From Felis catus (lineage: Eukaryota): DNA of 64,000 nucleotides. The position numbers and the translations under genes are program-made. This document shows positions 12,671 to 25,463 of this stretch, piece by piece. Position 1 is the stretch's first letter. Each line of letters starts with the position of its first letter. The DNA is taken from assembly GCF_018350175.1 (NCBI RefSeq), contig NC_058368.1, positions 45,200,001 to 45,264,000 on the forward strand, given 5' to 3'. The notes under the pieces are model-generated. The model saw nothing but the letters and a program-made list of their open reading frames with translations. It searched no databases and was not told the DNA's origin.

Positions 12671-12989
12671 GAGAATTTCAATGTATTTTTAAAAAACAAG
12701 TTACTTCTGTTGATATAATGTAATAATAGTATTATGAGAGATCACTTTACACCTGTCATATAAATATTATAATATAATAATATATATAATAAATGATATA
12801 TAATATTACTAAAAAATAAAAAGAAATTTCACTCATGGTCACACTAATTGCAATAAAATTAATCTGCTTTCATTTTTCCACATAATCCCTCTTTATAACA
12901 GTATATCATTTTATTAGTAATATTTCAATTTTATTATATACTCTCCTCAGCTAATGTACTGTTGACACTTTTCTGACTTCCAAGAAGTC

Positions 12990-13200
12990 AGTATTGGAGT
13001 GGAAAGAACATAAACACCATAAGTGAATATGGATTCAAGTCTCATTATAATTTGTATTGTACTTCTGATTTTATGTAAACAACTTAACTTCCCTTGAGTT
13101 CAGTTTTCCTCTTCATACAATGTTAATTCTAACAATAATTACCTTCAAGGATTGTATTAAAAGTTAAATGTTAAGGCTTAACATGCCTTATAATATTGAG
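12990..13200 (+). mobile_element. MIR fragment
   Basis: gtggaaagaaca...ggattcaagtctc...acttaacttcccttgagttcagttttcctcttcatacaatg...ccttcaaggattgt. Confidence 0.6.
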
Positions 13201-13654
13201 CCCTCCCCACAATTCACACATGTGTGCATTTTGGTGGTTTACAATCTTTTTTAAATAAATTAATGTCTAAAGACAACAATCCTGAATGACTACTAAGATC
13301 ATGAAAAAGATAGACGGTCCAGGTATTATATGAATTCTCATGGAAACATTGACATCATTTATGAAATGATGTTGAAAAACATGAGCATGAAGTTTTCTTT
13401 GGAAGGAACCATTAATTTATATAAGTATGGAGGATAAAGAAGCAAGTTATAGGGTATATAATATATACATGTTATATGATGACATTTTGTGATATGTGAT
13501 ATCACAGGGATGTAACTGTCATAATCCATAGGTGAAAACTGTGAGAAGGGAGATGATTCATTTTAGGAAATACCAAATAAAAGCTGTGTTTTCTAATTAA
13601 CAATAGGTTTACAACCTATTGGAAATATGTATGAACACCACTGCCCCAAATGGA

Positions 13655-14048
13655 GTTCCAAACCCTTCAACACTTCACTTCTTTGTTCTTCTTCCCCTCT
13701 CCATTTTGTGGGCTTATTTTTGTAGGCTTTGCAATAAGCATGTACCAAAGAACAAAAGGAGGAGGGACTGAAAGTCTCTGCATCACCTCAGGGAATGTAC
13801 ATTTGTGCCAATCAGACTACTTTTTGCCTTACGTGGGCATGGGCGATGTCCAGATAAGGGTATAACCTCTGTATACTCAGCTACTCAGCCAAAGAGGAAT
13901 CAGGGGAGGGACTTGTGTGCTAGGAGATAAATTGCCTACTGTAACTTCCCTGAGTGTGCCTATCCATCAGACACTTGCTCTTGCAAGAACATTGATTAAA
14001 GCCTTTCTGTGTCCCTCCTTTAATTGGATCAGTGGGCTTATTTCTAAT
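13655..14048 (+). mobile_element. Solo ERV1-class LTR (MER89/MER90-like, name uncertain)
   Basis: cagccaaagaggaatcaggggagggacttgtgtgctaggagataaattgcctactgtaac...tcttgcaagaacattgattaaagcc: CAAT/TATA-like elements and attaaa signal in LTR order. Confidence 0.6.
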
Positions 14049-14116
14049 GGAACCACTATGGTACTAATAACCAAATTCCCTTAATAAACACATTAAAGAA
14101 GAACTAAAAGAGACAG

Positions 14117-14324
14117 TGTATATTAGTTTTCTAGGGCTGCCATAGCAAAGTACCACATTCTGGTTGGTTTATATAACAAAAATGTATTTTCTCACAGTTC
14201 TAGAGGCTGTCATATTGAATTAGTTCCCATCCCACTACTTGATTTTACTTTAATTACCGCTTCAAAGCCCTGTCTCCAAATACAGTCACATTCTGAGGTA
14301 CTGGGAGTTAGGACTTAACATATG
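14117..14324 (-). mobile_element. MLT1A/B/C-type MaLR LTR, internally deleted
   Basis: tattagttttctagggctgccatagcaaagtaccac...tctcacagttctagaggct | ...ctccaaatacagtcacattctgaggtactgggagttaggactt. Confidence 0.85.
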
Positions 14325-14576
14325 TAAAAAAGACAAACACTACACAGTATCACCCATATGTGGAATCTTTATTTTTAAAAAAGTCAATTTCATAGAAACA
14401 AAGAATAGAATAGTGGTTGCTAGGCTCTAGGGAGGGAGAAATGGGGAAATATAGGTCACAGGGTACAAATTTTCAGTTATAAGTTCTGAGGATCTCATGT
14501 ACAGCATGGTGACTACAATTGACATTATGGTATAGAATACTCGAAAGTTGCTGAGAGTGGATCTTAAGTGTTCTCA

Positions 14577-14623
<47 letters not shown>

Positions 14624-14766
14624 AACTAATAACTGATGGATGTGTCATTTATCTTGGTCTTGGTAGTCATTTTACAATATATGTATATTAAATCATCACA
14701 TTATACATTTTAAATATATACCACTATGTTTGTCAATTATTCTTCAATAAAGTTGGTGGAAAAAAG
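14325..14766 (+). mobile_element. Old L1M (L1MA/MB-like) 3' end containing a (CA)n repeat
   Basis: aagacaaacactacacagtatcacccatatgtggaatc...gtggttgctagg...gggtacaaattttcagttataag...gtcaattattcttcaataaagttgg; (CA)n at 14578-14620. Confidence 0.85.
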
Positions 14767-15274
14767 AAACTCTCACTTATCCTGTTTGTTACAATGTCAA
14801 AAAGAATATCCATAATTATCCAAAAATGCTATTCAGCATCTGGCAGAGTAAAGTCTGAAGAGTTAGGGTCCTTGATGTCAGATGCGTGTGAGGTCTTTTT
14901 GTAAAACCCTCCCTTCTTCTTGTTTTTACCCCTCCCAGTCAATGTGTTGTCTGGGGCTGGCATGGAAAAGCCTTTGGGACAGATTTCCAACTGTGCTTCT
15001 TGTTCCTCCATAAGACCTAAAGTGACTGTGGCAAAACAAAACAAAACAAAACAAAACAAAACAAAACAACTCTCTTACTAATGATCTACTTATAACAGTT
15101 CCATTTTACCTGTTTCATATATTGAAAACAGTGAGGTTTGGTTAAAAAAAAAAAAAGTTAAATCATTGATCTAGCGTTACCTAACTTGTGTTATAGACAA
15201 GGACACTGAGACACACACAACTGGTTGATGGCTAAGCCAGGACAGGAACTTCAACATTCTAGTCCCAGCTTCTG

Positions 15275-15708
15275 AAAAAAAAATGCTATTCGCAGTATTT
15301 CTTCCTTCGTCAGATATATGGAAAAGGGGGGCTAAATTTGCTTCATATACTTCCATTAAAACAACACACAGTAACATATTGAATGAAAATTAAGATAGAA
15401 GAATCTAGCAGTCTTTTATTAAGCCAGATATTGAAGAGATTTAGGAAAATGTAAAGTAATGTTACCCATTTCACTTTTCAGGGGGAAATACAGTTATTTT
15501 TCATTTAAGATGTGGAATGTGTGTTAAAATGGATTTCATTTTTATTGTTTTTAAAATGAATTAATAAATCACAAAATTAATTTCTTCATCTTAATTTATG
15601 ATAAATGAAAATCAATAGATATAACCCCATAAGGCAAAGATATTTGGGGACTTCAATAATCTTTAAGAATGCAAAGATTTCTTGAGACCAAATAATTTGA
15701 GAACCACC
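15275..15708 (+). mobile_element. Charlie1 (hAT) DNA transposon 3' fragment
   Basis: gaatctagcagtcttttattaagccagatattgaagagatt...gatataacccc...cttgagaccaaataatttgagaaccac matches recalled Charlie1 end. Confidence 0.8.
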
Positions 15709-15734
15709 ATAAAGACAATCAATGTGAAAATTGA

Positions 15735-16035
15735 CTAATGTTTAACATTATTGAGAAGTTATTGTTAAATATTTTATTTGGAATAATGTTATGGTGGGTT
15801 TTATAGTTGGAGCCCCAATCAATTAAAGATAGATTTTGAAATATTTAGATAAAATAATTTGATATCTGGGACTTGATTATAAATAATCTCAGGGAGTGTT
15901 AAGTTGTGCCATGGATGGCACATAGCTGGAATAAAACTGTTCACAGGTTTCTAAATATTGTGCATGGTTGATGTATACCTGATATTTTAACACAATCCTT
16001 TCCTTACTTTTGTATAATAAACTCTTAAATATTTT
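15735..16035 (+). mobile_element. Ancient L1MC/ME 3'UTR fragment
   Basis: gaaatatttagataaaataatttgatatctgggacttg...tccttacttttgtata resembles L1MC4-type 3' end. Confidence 0.5.
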
Positions 16036-17405
16036 AATTGCTAAGCAAAATATAGCACTTACATTTTGATTACTCCTGCTTCTTATTGTCTCATGCTTTC
16101 TCCCACTTAAGACTGGTGTAATTGACTTATTTTCTTCTTGACGACTACTTAACACATTTCCCAAGAAGTGTCTATTGAATGTAAAATAAATTAACATCTC
16201 TTCTAGACTAATGTGCAGTATATGTGTCTCTGTGTCTCATTGTTTGTCCATCCACTCTCTCATCTACGTCTTATATACAAAGTTGATAAAGTTCTTAATT
16301 TTTTCCCAATTGTAACCCACTAAACAGCTTATCTAATGGGGAAACTGTCATTTTTAACCATATCAGGCAACATAAGCTGTCTTCCAATAAGCTGTCCATG
16401 CCTGGTATAATCAAACTGGGGACAATGGTGGCAGAGTGACTTTTCTACCAAAAATATCTGAGAGTAAATTGTTACATAACAGAAATACTGAGTCTTCTTG
16501 AATGATATGCTGTACAACCTGGCAGGACCTTTCCTTGGCAGTAAAGTGGGCCTCAGCTTTGTATTAAGAGAGGTAGAGGTGAACTTGTTTCTTTAGGATC
16601 CCTAAGAAAGACTTCCCAATTCCAAAATCTAATGTCTTGGTTCATTTTAGCAACCATTCTGTAATGATGGTTTAAAAGATAAGGTTTAACAGATAAACAT
16701 CCCTAGGAGCAGTTAAATAGTAATTCATATTGCAGAATAAATATCTGATAAGGCATTCTTTCCTAAAGGCAAATTCGACCACAGAAAAGAGTGATAAAAG
16801 AATACTGGACAAATGTCGAATAGGAGAAAATAGAGTTTTAAAAGACAAGAAGTACAAGGACACATTCACCCTGTGACTCAGCAAAAACTTTGCTCCTAAA
16901 AACAAATATGATAGAAATCTATAAATAGTACATTTAATAAAATGTCTCTGAGAAAGAGGTTTCTAAGTCTTTGGCATTTCATTTACTTAACTAGATATTG
17001 TTTGTTCTGATAACATTTAGATTTATTCTATGAAATACCTCAAGAAAAAAGAACTATACTGATATTGCTGACTGTAGGCCCCATCATTCAAAAATCCTAT
17101 GGATAAAACACTATCATCATTTTTCACGAGCTGTGCTATCTCATAGACTTCATCTTTAGCATTGTCAGCAACACAGAGTACATCATCAATCTTCTTTTTT
17201 TTTTTTTTTTGTAAAGCATGTTCCGTAACATTTTTGAATGAAGAGAAGTGCTTTCTTATCCAGCTGTGATTAAGAGTAAAAGAACATTTCTTGGTAGTTC
17301 AGACATGAACACTGTGGAATGGATGTTATGCTATTAGATTCTGCTTTTTCATTAATTCATCTATTAAATATATATTAAGAATTAATTATGTTAATACATA
17401 GTGCT

Positions 17406-17788
17406 TGTATTAGTTTTCTAGGGCTGTCATAACAAGAAAACACAGACTGGATAGCTTAAACAACATACATTTACTCTCTCAGATTTGGAAGCTAGAAGTC
17501 TGAGATCAAGATGTCATGGGGTTGGTTTTTCCTGTGGGGTCTCCTATTGGTTTTCTATTGGCTACTTCCTTGCTGTGTCCTCACAAGGTTTTTTCTGTGT
17601 ATGTACATTCCTAGTGTCTCTCTGTGTGACCACATTTCTTCTTCTTATAAGGATATCAGTCGTATTCAATTAGGTCCCATTCAAATAGAGGCTTTGTATG
17701 GGCTCTATCTCCAAATACAGCAATTTGAGGTGCAGAGAAATAGGGCTTCAGCATAGGAATTTGGGGAGAAGTAAAATTCATCCCACAA
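17406..17788 (-). mobile_element. MLT1A-type MaLR LTR
   Basis: tgtattagttttctagggctgtcataacaa...agactggatagcttaaacaac...gctagaagtctgagatcaag...tcttcttataaggatatcagtc...ctccaaatacag...aattcatcccacaa. Confidence 0.88.
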
Positions 17789-17852
17789 AGGTGATAATCC
17801 CTTGGGATACATCTAGGAGCAAAATAAATATGACCCAGTCCCCATGGTGTTA

Positions 17853-18085
17853 ATTTTTTTAATTTATTTTTAATTTTTTTAACATTTTTATTCATTTTTT
17901 TGAGAGACAGAGACAGAGTGTGAGTAGGGGAGGGGCAGAGAGAGAGGTAGACACAGAGTCCGATGCAGGATCCAGGCTCTGAACTGACAGCACAGAGCCC
18001 AACATGGGGCTCGAACCCACGGACCATGAGATCTTGACCTGAGCCAAAGTCAGATACTTAACCGACTGAGCCATCCAGGTGCCCC
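17853..18085 (-). mobile_element. CanSINE
   Basis: Full antisense SINE ending ccatccaggtgcccc. Confidence 0.95.
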
Positions 18086-18732
18086 ATATGGTGGTTATAT
18101 TTTAATGGGGAAAGGGTTTTAATATGTGGGTGAACATGTTTAAAGATTTCTGTTTGTGATAAAAAATATTTTAAAAATAAGCAAGAATAGGATGCTTTAT
18201 ACTTCAGTAGTGTGGTTAGATGATGTCTTTCCAATGAGGTGAAATCCCATCTAGAAGATAGGATGAACCCTTGACTGAGCCTGAGAAACCTCTGCTCCCA
18301 AGTGGAGCAGTTCATGTGATAAGGCTCCAGGAAGGGAGGGACTTGTGTCTTTCCAAGAATAGCATCAGAGGCTATGTTGCCAGACTGTAGTGGCTAAGGA
18401 GAAGAGAGCTATCATATAAGTTTGTAAAGACTGGCAGAAGCTAGATGGCAGAGAACACTTTAGGCCATAGTCAAGTGGCAGAGTGATAATCTAAGCTGAA
18501 AAATAATTGAAGGGTTATAACAAAAAGAATGTAATTGATTTATGTTTTTAAAATTTTACATTGCTCTATTGAATATCAACGTGGTGGCATGAAGGAAAAA
18601 AGAAAGGATTTTGCAGTAATTCAGAGAGGATATAATGGTTTGGAAGAATTGATAATAAAGAGGAAAACAGTAAATGGAATCAAAATATATTTTGGAGGAA
18701 GATAAGTGGTCTTGCAGTTTGGCATCAGTCCA

Positions 18733-19316
18733 TGTCAAAAATTGTGAAGGATCTGAAATTGTTTTTTTCTAGCTACAAGCTAAAAAGCTAGCCTGTCACC
18801 ATTCCACTGATGTGGGAGGAAGACATGAAGCTCTTGGGTTCAAGCTAAGAAGTTAGCCTGTTGCAGTTAATAAATGCTGGCCAAAGACACCAGAATCCTA
18901 GGGCAGAGACAAAGCACATTATTATTCCCAGCATAACCACTAGCCAGAGTATAGGCATTTTCTTGTACCAGTTCACTGACCCCCAATTCCCACAGAGAGA
19001 CATGAAATGGTCTAGTGACACCTGGACAGGTAATGAGGAATGTTATAGAAGAGGATCTCTGAGATCAGGTCACTCAAGCATTTTACAATGGGCAGTAAGC
19101 AGAATTGCCTTTGATTCTGGAAGGAAATACTTTGTATTATAAAAGACTGGAAGCAAATCTATTCTTTTCTGTGCTAGAAACATTACCTCCCTTCTCTAAG
19201 GCTGTGTATAATACAAACATCCTTGAAAAAGGAGCCCAGAAAAAAATGGCTGTCAGTAACGCTGTTCTCAAGATGTACACAAATATGAGATACGCATGGA
19301 GAATTGTTTGCCAACA
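18733..19316 (-). mobile_element. 3' LTR (MER68/MER76-like) of the second ERV copy
   Basis: Reverse complement begins tgttggcaaacaattctccatg (19316) and ends ...ttcacaatttttgaca (18733): TG...CA termini; homologous to 1331-1790. Confidence 0.8.
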
Positions 19317-19335
19317 ATATCTAACCCTTCTTTCT

Positions 19336-19556
19336 TTTTTTTAAAATTTTTTTTAATGTTTATTTATTTTTGAGACAGAAGAGACAGAACATGAACGGGA
19401 GAGGGTCAGAGAGAGAGGGAGACACAGAATTTGAAGCAGGCTCCAGGCTCTGAGCTGTCAGCACAGAGCCTGACGCGGGGCTCGAACTCACGGACCGTGA
19501 GATCATGACCTAAGCCGAAGTCGGACGCTCAACCGACTGAGTCACACAGGCACCCC
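19336..19556 (-). mobile_element. CanSINE (young, CpG-rich)
   Basis: Perfect TSD taacccttctttct at 19322-19335 and 19557-19570; retains CpGs (gacgcggggctcgaactcacggaccgtg). Confidence 0.97.
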
Positions 19557-19804
19557 TAACCCTTCTTTCTACCCTGTCATGGCTCCTGGAAAATTTCCCC
19601 ATGAGTACGCACTGTTCCATCAGCCACTCTGATTAATCTGACAGGTTGGGAACAAATCTGTTCAATTTGTCTCATACAGCATTTAATTAGGGCTATGATC
19701 AATAGGACTCCAGGGGGATGAGACCAAACTATGGTATTCACTTCAACCATACCCCTGAAGCCCTAGACCCAAGAAAACCTGAAAAAGAAAAAAAAAGTAA
19801 TGCT

Positions 19805-20060
19805 TATTTACTTATTCGCCCATTTATTTATGTATTTATGTATGTATGTATGTATATATGTATGTATGTATTTATTTGAGAGAGACAGATCACAAGTGGG
19901 GGAAGGGCAGAGAGAGAGAGGAAAACACAGAATGCAAAGTAGGCTCCAGGCTCTGAGCTGTCAGTATACAGCCTGATGTGGGGCTCGAACCCACGAACCA
20001 TGAAATCATGATCTGAGCCAAAGTCAGACACTTAACTCACTGAGCCACCCAGGTACCCCC
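19805..20060 (-). mobile_element. CanSINE with (TATG)n tail
   Basis: Ends gagccacccaggtacccc; tail decayed to tatg repeats. Confidence 0.93.
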
Positions 20061-20576
20061 AAAAATTTAAAAACCATTAGCTTTCTCCTAAGAAAACCAA
20101 GCTGCTTAAATTTACTTTAAGAAATCAAGTTAGAAGAGTTAAGATGGTGGAGAAGTAGAAGGACCCTGAGCTTTCCTCATCCCTTAAACACAGCTATATT
20201 GAGGTCAGATCACTTGGAATACCCAGGAAGTCAATCTGCCCAGTGGCAGAAGGATCTCCACAGTTGGAGGGACCCAGCATGGCAGGTACATGGCTTACAT
20301 CAACAACAACAACAACAAAAAATCAAAGCACACCTAGTTGAAGGTCAAAACACTCGCCCATCGCAAGAAAGCAGGAGCTCTGCAGAGGAATTACTAGTGG
20401 GAAAGAGCAGCCAAAACACAACAGCAGAGTGCACACCACATGGCAGAAACACTTCTTGAAGGACCACACCTAAAGTGTATGATCCCTTTTCATATAGCAG
20501 TACTCGCAGTTGCAGGAAACATAACAAGCTTTTGCAACATGCAAAACAAAACAAAACACCAGAAACTTAGCCAAAA

Positions 20577-21469
20577 CGACAAGATGGAGGAATTCCCCAT
20601 AGAAGATCAGAAAGAAATCATAGCCAGACACTTGTTCAAAACAGATATAAGTAATATACCTGAATAAGAATTCAGAACAGTTATAAGACTAATAGCTGGG
20701 CTTGAAAAAAGCACACAAGACACTAGAGAAACCCTTGCTGCAGAGATCAATCACCTAAAAAATAGCTGGGCTGAAATAAAAAATGCTATGACTGAGATCC
20801 AATACTGACTGGATACAGTCACAATGAGTACTGAAGAAGCAGAGGAGAAAATAGATGTTAAAGAAGACAAAAGTATGGAAAATAATGAAGCTGAGAAAAA
20901 GAGGGAGAGGAAATTATTTGATCATGAGAGACCTAGAGAACTTAGTGATTCTGTAAAATGAAACAATATTCATATCATAGGAACCCCAGAAGAAGAGAAG
21001 GAAAAAGGGACAGGAGGTTTATTTGAACAAATTATACCTGAGAACCTCCGTAATCTGGGGAAGGAAATAGGCATTCAAGTCCAAGAGACACAGAGAACTA
21101 CCCTCAAAATCAACAAAAGTAGGTCAACACCACAACATATCATAGTGAAACTTGCAAAATTCAAACATAAAAAGAATTCTGAGAGCAGCTAAGGACAAAT
21201 AATCCTTAACCTACAAGGGTAGACACAGAAGGTTAGCAGCAAACCTGTCCAATGAAACTTGGCAAGCAAGAAGGGAGTGGCAGGAAATAGTCAATGTGCT
21301 GAATGGCAAAAAATATACAGCCAAGAATTCTTTATCCAGCAAGGTTGTCATTTAGAATTGAAAGAGAGATAAAGAATGTCCCAGCCAAAAAAAAAAAAAA
21401 AAAAAAAACTAAAGGAGTTTGTGTGACCACTAAACCACTTCTGCAAGAAATTGTCAGGGCGTTTCTCTG
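20577..21469 (+). pseudogene. ORF1: L1 ORF1p remnant
   Basis: Coiled-coil and RRM/CTD-type sequence (aacaatattcatatcataggaaccccagaag, cagccaagaattctttatccagcaagg); frameshifts and stops. Confidence 0.85.
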
Positions 21470-21554
21470 AGAGGAGAAAAAAAAATACCAAAGCAACAAA
21501 GACTACAAAGGACCAGAGAACATCATCAGAAATACTAACTCCATAGGTAACACA

Positions 21555-24500
21555 ATGACACCAAATTCATATCCTTCAATAATCACTCTGATTGTAAATG
21601 GACTAGATTGCTCCAATCAAAAGACACAGGGTATCAGGATGGAATAAACACAAAAACAAAAGCAAACAAAAAAGATTCATCTACATGCTGCCTACAAGGG
21701 ACTCATTTTAGACCTAAAGACACCAGCAGATTGAAAGTGGGGGGATGGAGAACTATTCATCATGTTAATGGATGTCAAATGAAAGCAAGAGTAGCCATAC
21801 TTATATCAGACAAACTAGATTTTAAACCAAAGACTGTAACAAGAGATTAAGAAGGGCATTATATCATAATTAATGGGTCTATCCACCAACATGACCTAAC
21901 AATTGTAAACATTTATGCCCCCAACTTGTAAAATTCAAATATATAAATCAATTAATAACAAACATAAAGACATTCATTGATATTAACACCATAATAGTGG
22001 AGGACTTTAATACCCCATTTACAACAATGGACAGATCATCTAAGCAGAAAATCAATAAGGAAACAGTGGCTTTGAAAGACACACTGTACCAGAAGGACTT
22101 AACAGATATATTCAGAACATTTCATCCTAAAGCAAAAGAATACACATTCTTCTCAACTGCACATGGAACATTCTCCAGAACAGATCACATACTGGGTAAC
22201 AAATCATCCGTCAACAGGTAGAAAAGAGATCATACCATGCATATTTTCAGATCACAACACTATGAAACTTGAAATCAACTACAAGAAAAAATTTGGAAAG
22301 CCCTCAAATACATGGAGGTCAAAGAACATCTTACTAAAGAATGAATGGGTTAGGGGCGCCTGGGTGGCTCAGTCAGTTGAACGTCTGACTTTGACTCAGG
22401 TCATGATCTCACAGCTCATGAGTTCGACCTCTGACAGCTCAGAGCCTGGAGCCTGCTTCAGATTCTGTGCCTCCCTCTCTCTCTGCCCCAACTCACTCTC
22501 ATTCTGTCTCTGTCTCTCTCAAAAATAAATAAACATTAAAAAAAAAAGAATGAATGCTTTAATCAGGAAATTAAACAAGAAATAAAAAAATATATAGAAG
22601 CAAATGAAAATGAAAACATGACAGTACAAACCCTTTGGGATGCAGCAAAGACAGTCTCAAGAATAAAGTACATTGCAATGTACTTCCAAGAAGCAAGAAA
22701 CCTAACCTTACACTTAAAGGAGATAGAAAGGAGCAGCAAATGAAGCCTAAAGCCAGAAGAAGAAGGAAAATAATAAAAATTAGAGCAGAAATAAAAGAGA
22801 AACAAAAAAAAAACTACAATAGTATATATCAATAAAACTAAAAGCTGATTTTGAGAGAATAAACAAAATTGATAAACCGCTAGCCAGACTTAGCAAAATA
22901 GAAGTGAGAGGAATAGATAAAATCACAAATGAAAGAGGAGAGATCATAACCAATACCACAGATATACAATTATTAAAGAATACTATAAAAAATTATATGC
23001 CAACACACTGGGCAATCTGGAAGAAATGGACAAATTCCTAGACACTTGTGAATTACCAAACTGAAATAGAAAGAAATAGAAAATTTGACCAAGCCCATAA
23101 CCAGCAAAGAAATTGAATCAGGTATCAAAAATCCCCCAACAAATAAGAGTCCTGGGCCAGATGGCTTCCCAGGGGAATTCTACCAGACATTGAAAGCAGA
23201 GTTAATACACGTTCTTCTCAAACTGTTCCATAAAATAGAAATGGAAGGAAAATTTTCAAACTCATTCTATGAATCCAGAATTACCTGGATTATAAAACTA
23301 GACAAAGACCCCACTAAAAAGGAGAATTACAGGCCAATATCCCTTATGAACCTGGATGCAAGAATTCTCAAGACACTAGCAAATCAAATTCAACAATGCA
23401 TTAAAAGAAGTATTCATCATAATCAAGTGAGTTTTATTCCTGGGCTGCAGGGCTGATTAAATATTCACAAATCAATCAACATGATATGCCACATTAATAA
23501 AAGAAAGGATGAGAACCATATGATCCTCTCAATAGATGCAGAAAAAAACATGTGACAAAATACAGCATCCTTTCTCGATAAAAAAAACCCTCAAGAAAGT
23601 AGGGATTGAAGGAACATACCTCAACATCATAAAGGCCATGTACAAAAGACAGACAGCTAATATCCTCCATGGGGAAAAACTGAGAGTTTTGCCCTAGGGT
23701 CAGGAACACAACAGGGATGTCCACTCTCATCATTGTTGTTCAACATAGCACTGGATGTCCTAGCCTCAGCAATAAGACAACAAAAAGAAATAAAAGTCAT
23801 CCAAATTGGAAGAAGTCAAAGTTTTGACTCTTTGCAGATGATATAATGCACTACGTGGAAAACCTGAAAGACTCCACCAAAAACTACTGGAGCTAATACA
23901 TGAGTTTAGCAAAGTTGCAGGATATAAAATCAATGTACAGAAATCAGTTGCATTTCTATACACCAATAATGAAGTAAAGAAAGAGAAATCAAGGAATCAA
24001 TCCCATTTGCAATTCCACCAAAACCCACAAGATACCTAGGAATAAACGTAACAAAAGAGGTATAAAAAATATACACACATGAAACAATAGAAAACTTATG
24101 AAAGAAATTGAAGAATGCAAAAAAAAATAAAGGAAAAACATTCTATGCTCACGGATCAGAACAAATATTGTTATAATGTCTACAGTACCCAAAGTAATCT
24201 ACACATGCAATGCAATCCCTATCAAAATAACAACAGCATTCTTCACACAGCTAGAATAAACAATTCTAAAATTTGTATGGAATCAGAAAAGACCCCAAAT
24301 AGCCAAAGAAATCTTGAAAAAAAATGTGATGGAGGCATCACATTTCCAGGCTTCGAGCTGTATTACAAAGCTAAAGTAATCAAGACAGTATGGTACTAAC
24401 ACAAAAACAGACACAGATCAATGGAACAGAAGAGAGAACCTGGATACTGATGCACAAATATATGGGCAACTAATCTTCAAAAACCAGGAAAGAATATCCA

Positions 24501-25399
24501 TTGGAAAAAAAGACAGTCTCTTCAGCAAATGGTGTTGAAAAAACTGGACAGCGACATGCAGAAAAATGAATCTGGACCACTTTCTTATACCATACACAAA
24601 AATATACTCAAAATGGATGAAAGACCTAAATGTGACATAGGAAACCATCAAAATCCTGCAGGAGAAATCAGGCAGCAACCTCCTGTACCTGGGCCACCGC
24701 AACTTCTACCAGATATGTCTCCAGAGGCAAGGGAAACAAAAGCAAACATGAACCATTGGGACTTCATCAAGATAAAAAGTTTCTGCACAGTGAAGGAAAC
24801 AATCCACAAAACTAAAAGGCAGCCTACGGAATGGGAGAAGATATTGACATATCAGATAAAGGGTAGTATTCAAAACCTATGAAAAACTTATAAAACTCAA
24901 CACCCAAAAAACAAATAATCCAGTGAAGAAATGGGCAAAAGACATGAATAGACATTTTTCCAAAGAAGGTATCAGATGGCTAACAGACAGATGAAAAGAT
25001 GCTCCACATCACTCATCATCAGAGAAATACAAATCGAAACCACAATGAGATACCACGTCACACCTGTCAGAGTGGCTAAAATGAACAATTCAGGAAATAA
25101 CAGGTGTTGGTGAGGATGCGGAGAAAGGGGAACACCTTTGTACTGATGGTGGGAATGCAAAATGGTGAGGCCATGCTGGAAAACAGTATGGAGGTTCCTC
25201 ACAAAAAAATAGAACTACCCTACAATACAACAATTGCACTACTAGGTATTTATCCAAAAGATACAAAAATGCTGATTTGAAGGGGCACATGCACCCCAAT
25301 GTCCCAATGTTAGTAGCAGCACTATCAACAATAGCCAAATTATGGAAAGAGCCCAAATGTCCACTGAACGGGTGAATGGATAAAAAAGATGTAAAAAAG

Positions 25400-25400
<1 letters not shown>
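21555..25400 (+). pseudogene. ORF2: L1 ORF2p remnant (endonuclease, RT, C-terminal)
   Basis: ORF-track fragments [57 protein letters not shown] (tttgcagatgat) at 23831-23842; disrupted by stops and a SINE. Confidence 0.93.
22353..22544 (+). mobile_element. CanSINE inserted in L1 ORF2 (internal deletion after the B box)
   Basis: ggggcgcctgggtggctcagtcagttga; TSD aaagaatgaatgggtta / aaagaatgaatgcttta. Confidence 0.95.

Positions 25401-25463
<63 letters not shown>

Larger units (their letters stand above)
17352..18725 (-). mobile_element. L2 relic interrupted by MLT1A and a CanSINE
   Basis: ttcatctattaaatatatattaag (degenerate L2 3' end), gggatacatc..., gaggtgaaat...ggctccaggaagggagggacttg...tgatttatgtttttaaaa are typical antisense L2 blocks. 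Confidence 0.55.

Noticed and set aside
14829..15059. Possible minus-strand exon after (TTTTG)n-ccacag
   Set aside because: The pyrimidine tract is a microsatellite; no strong donor, no recognisable protein, no partner exons
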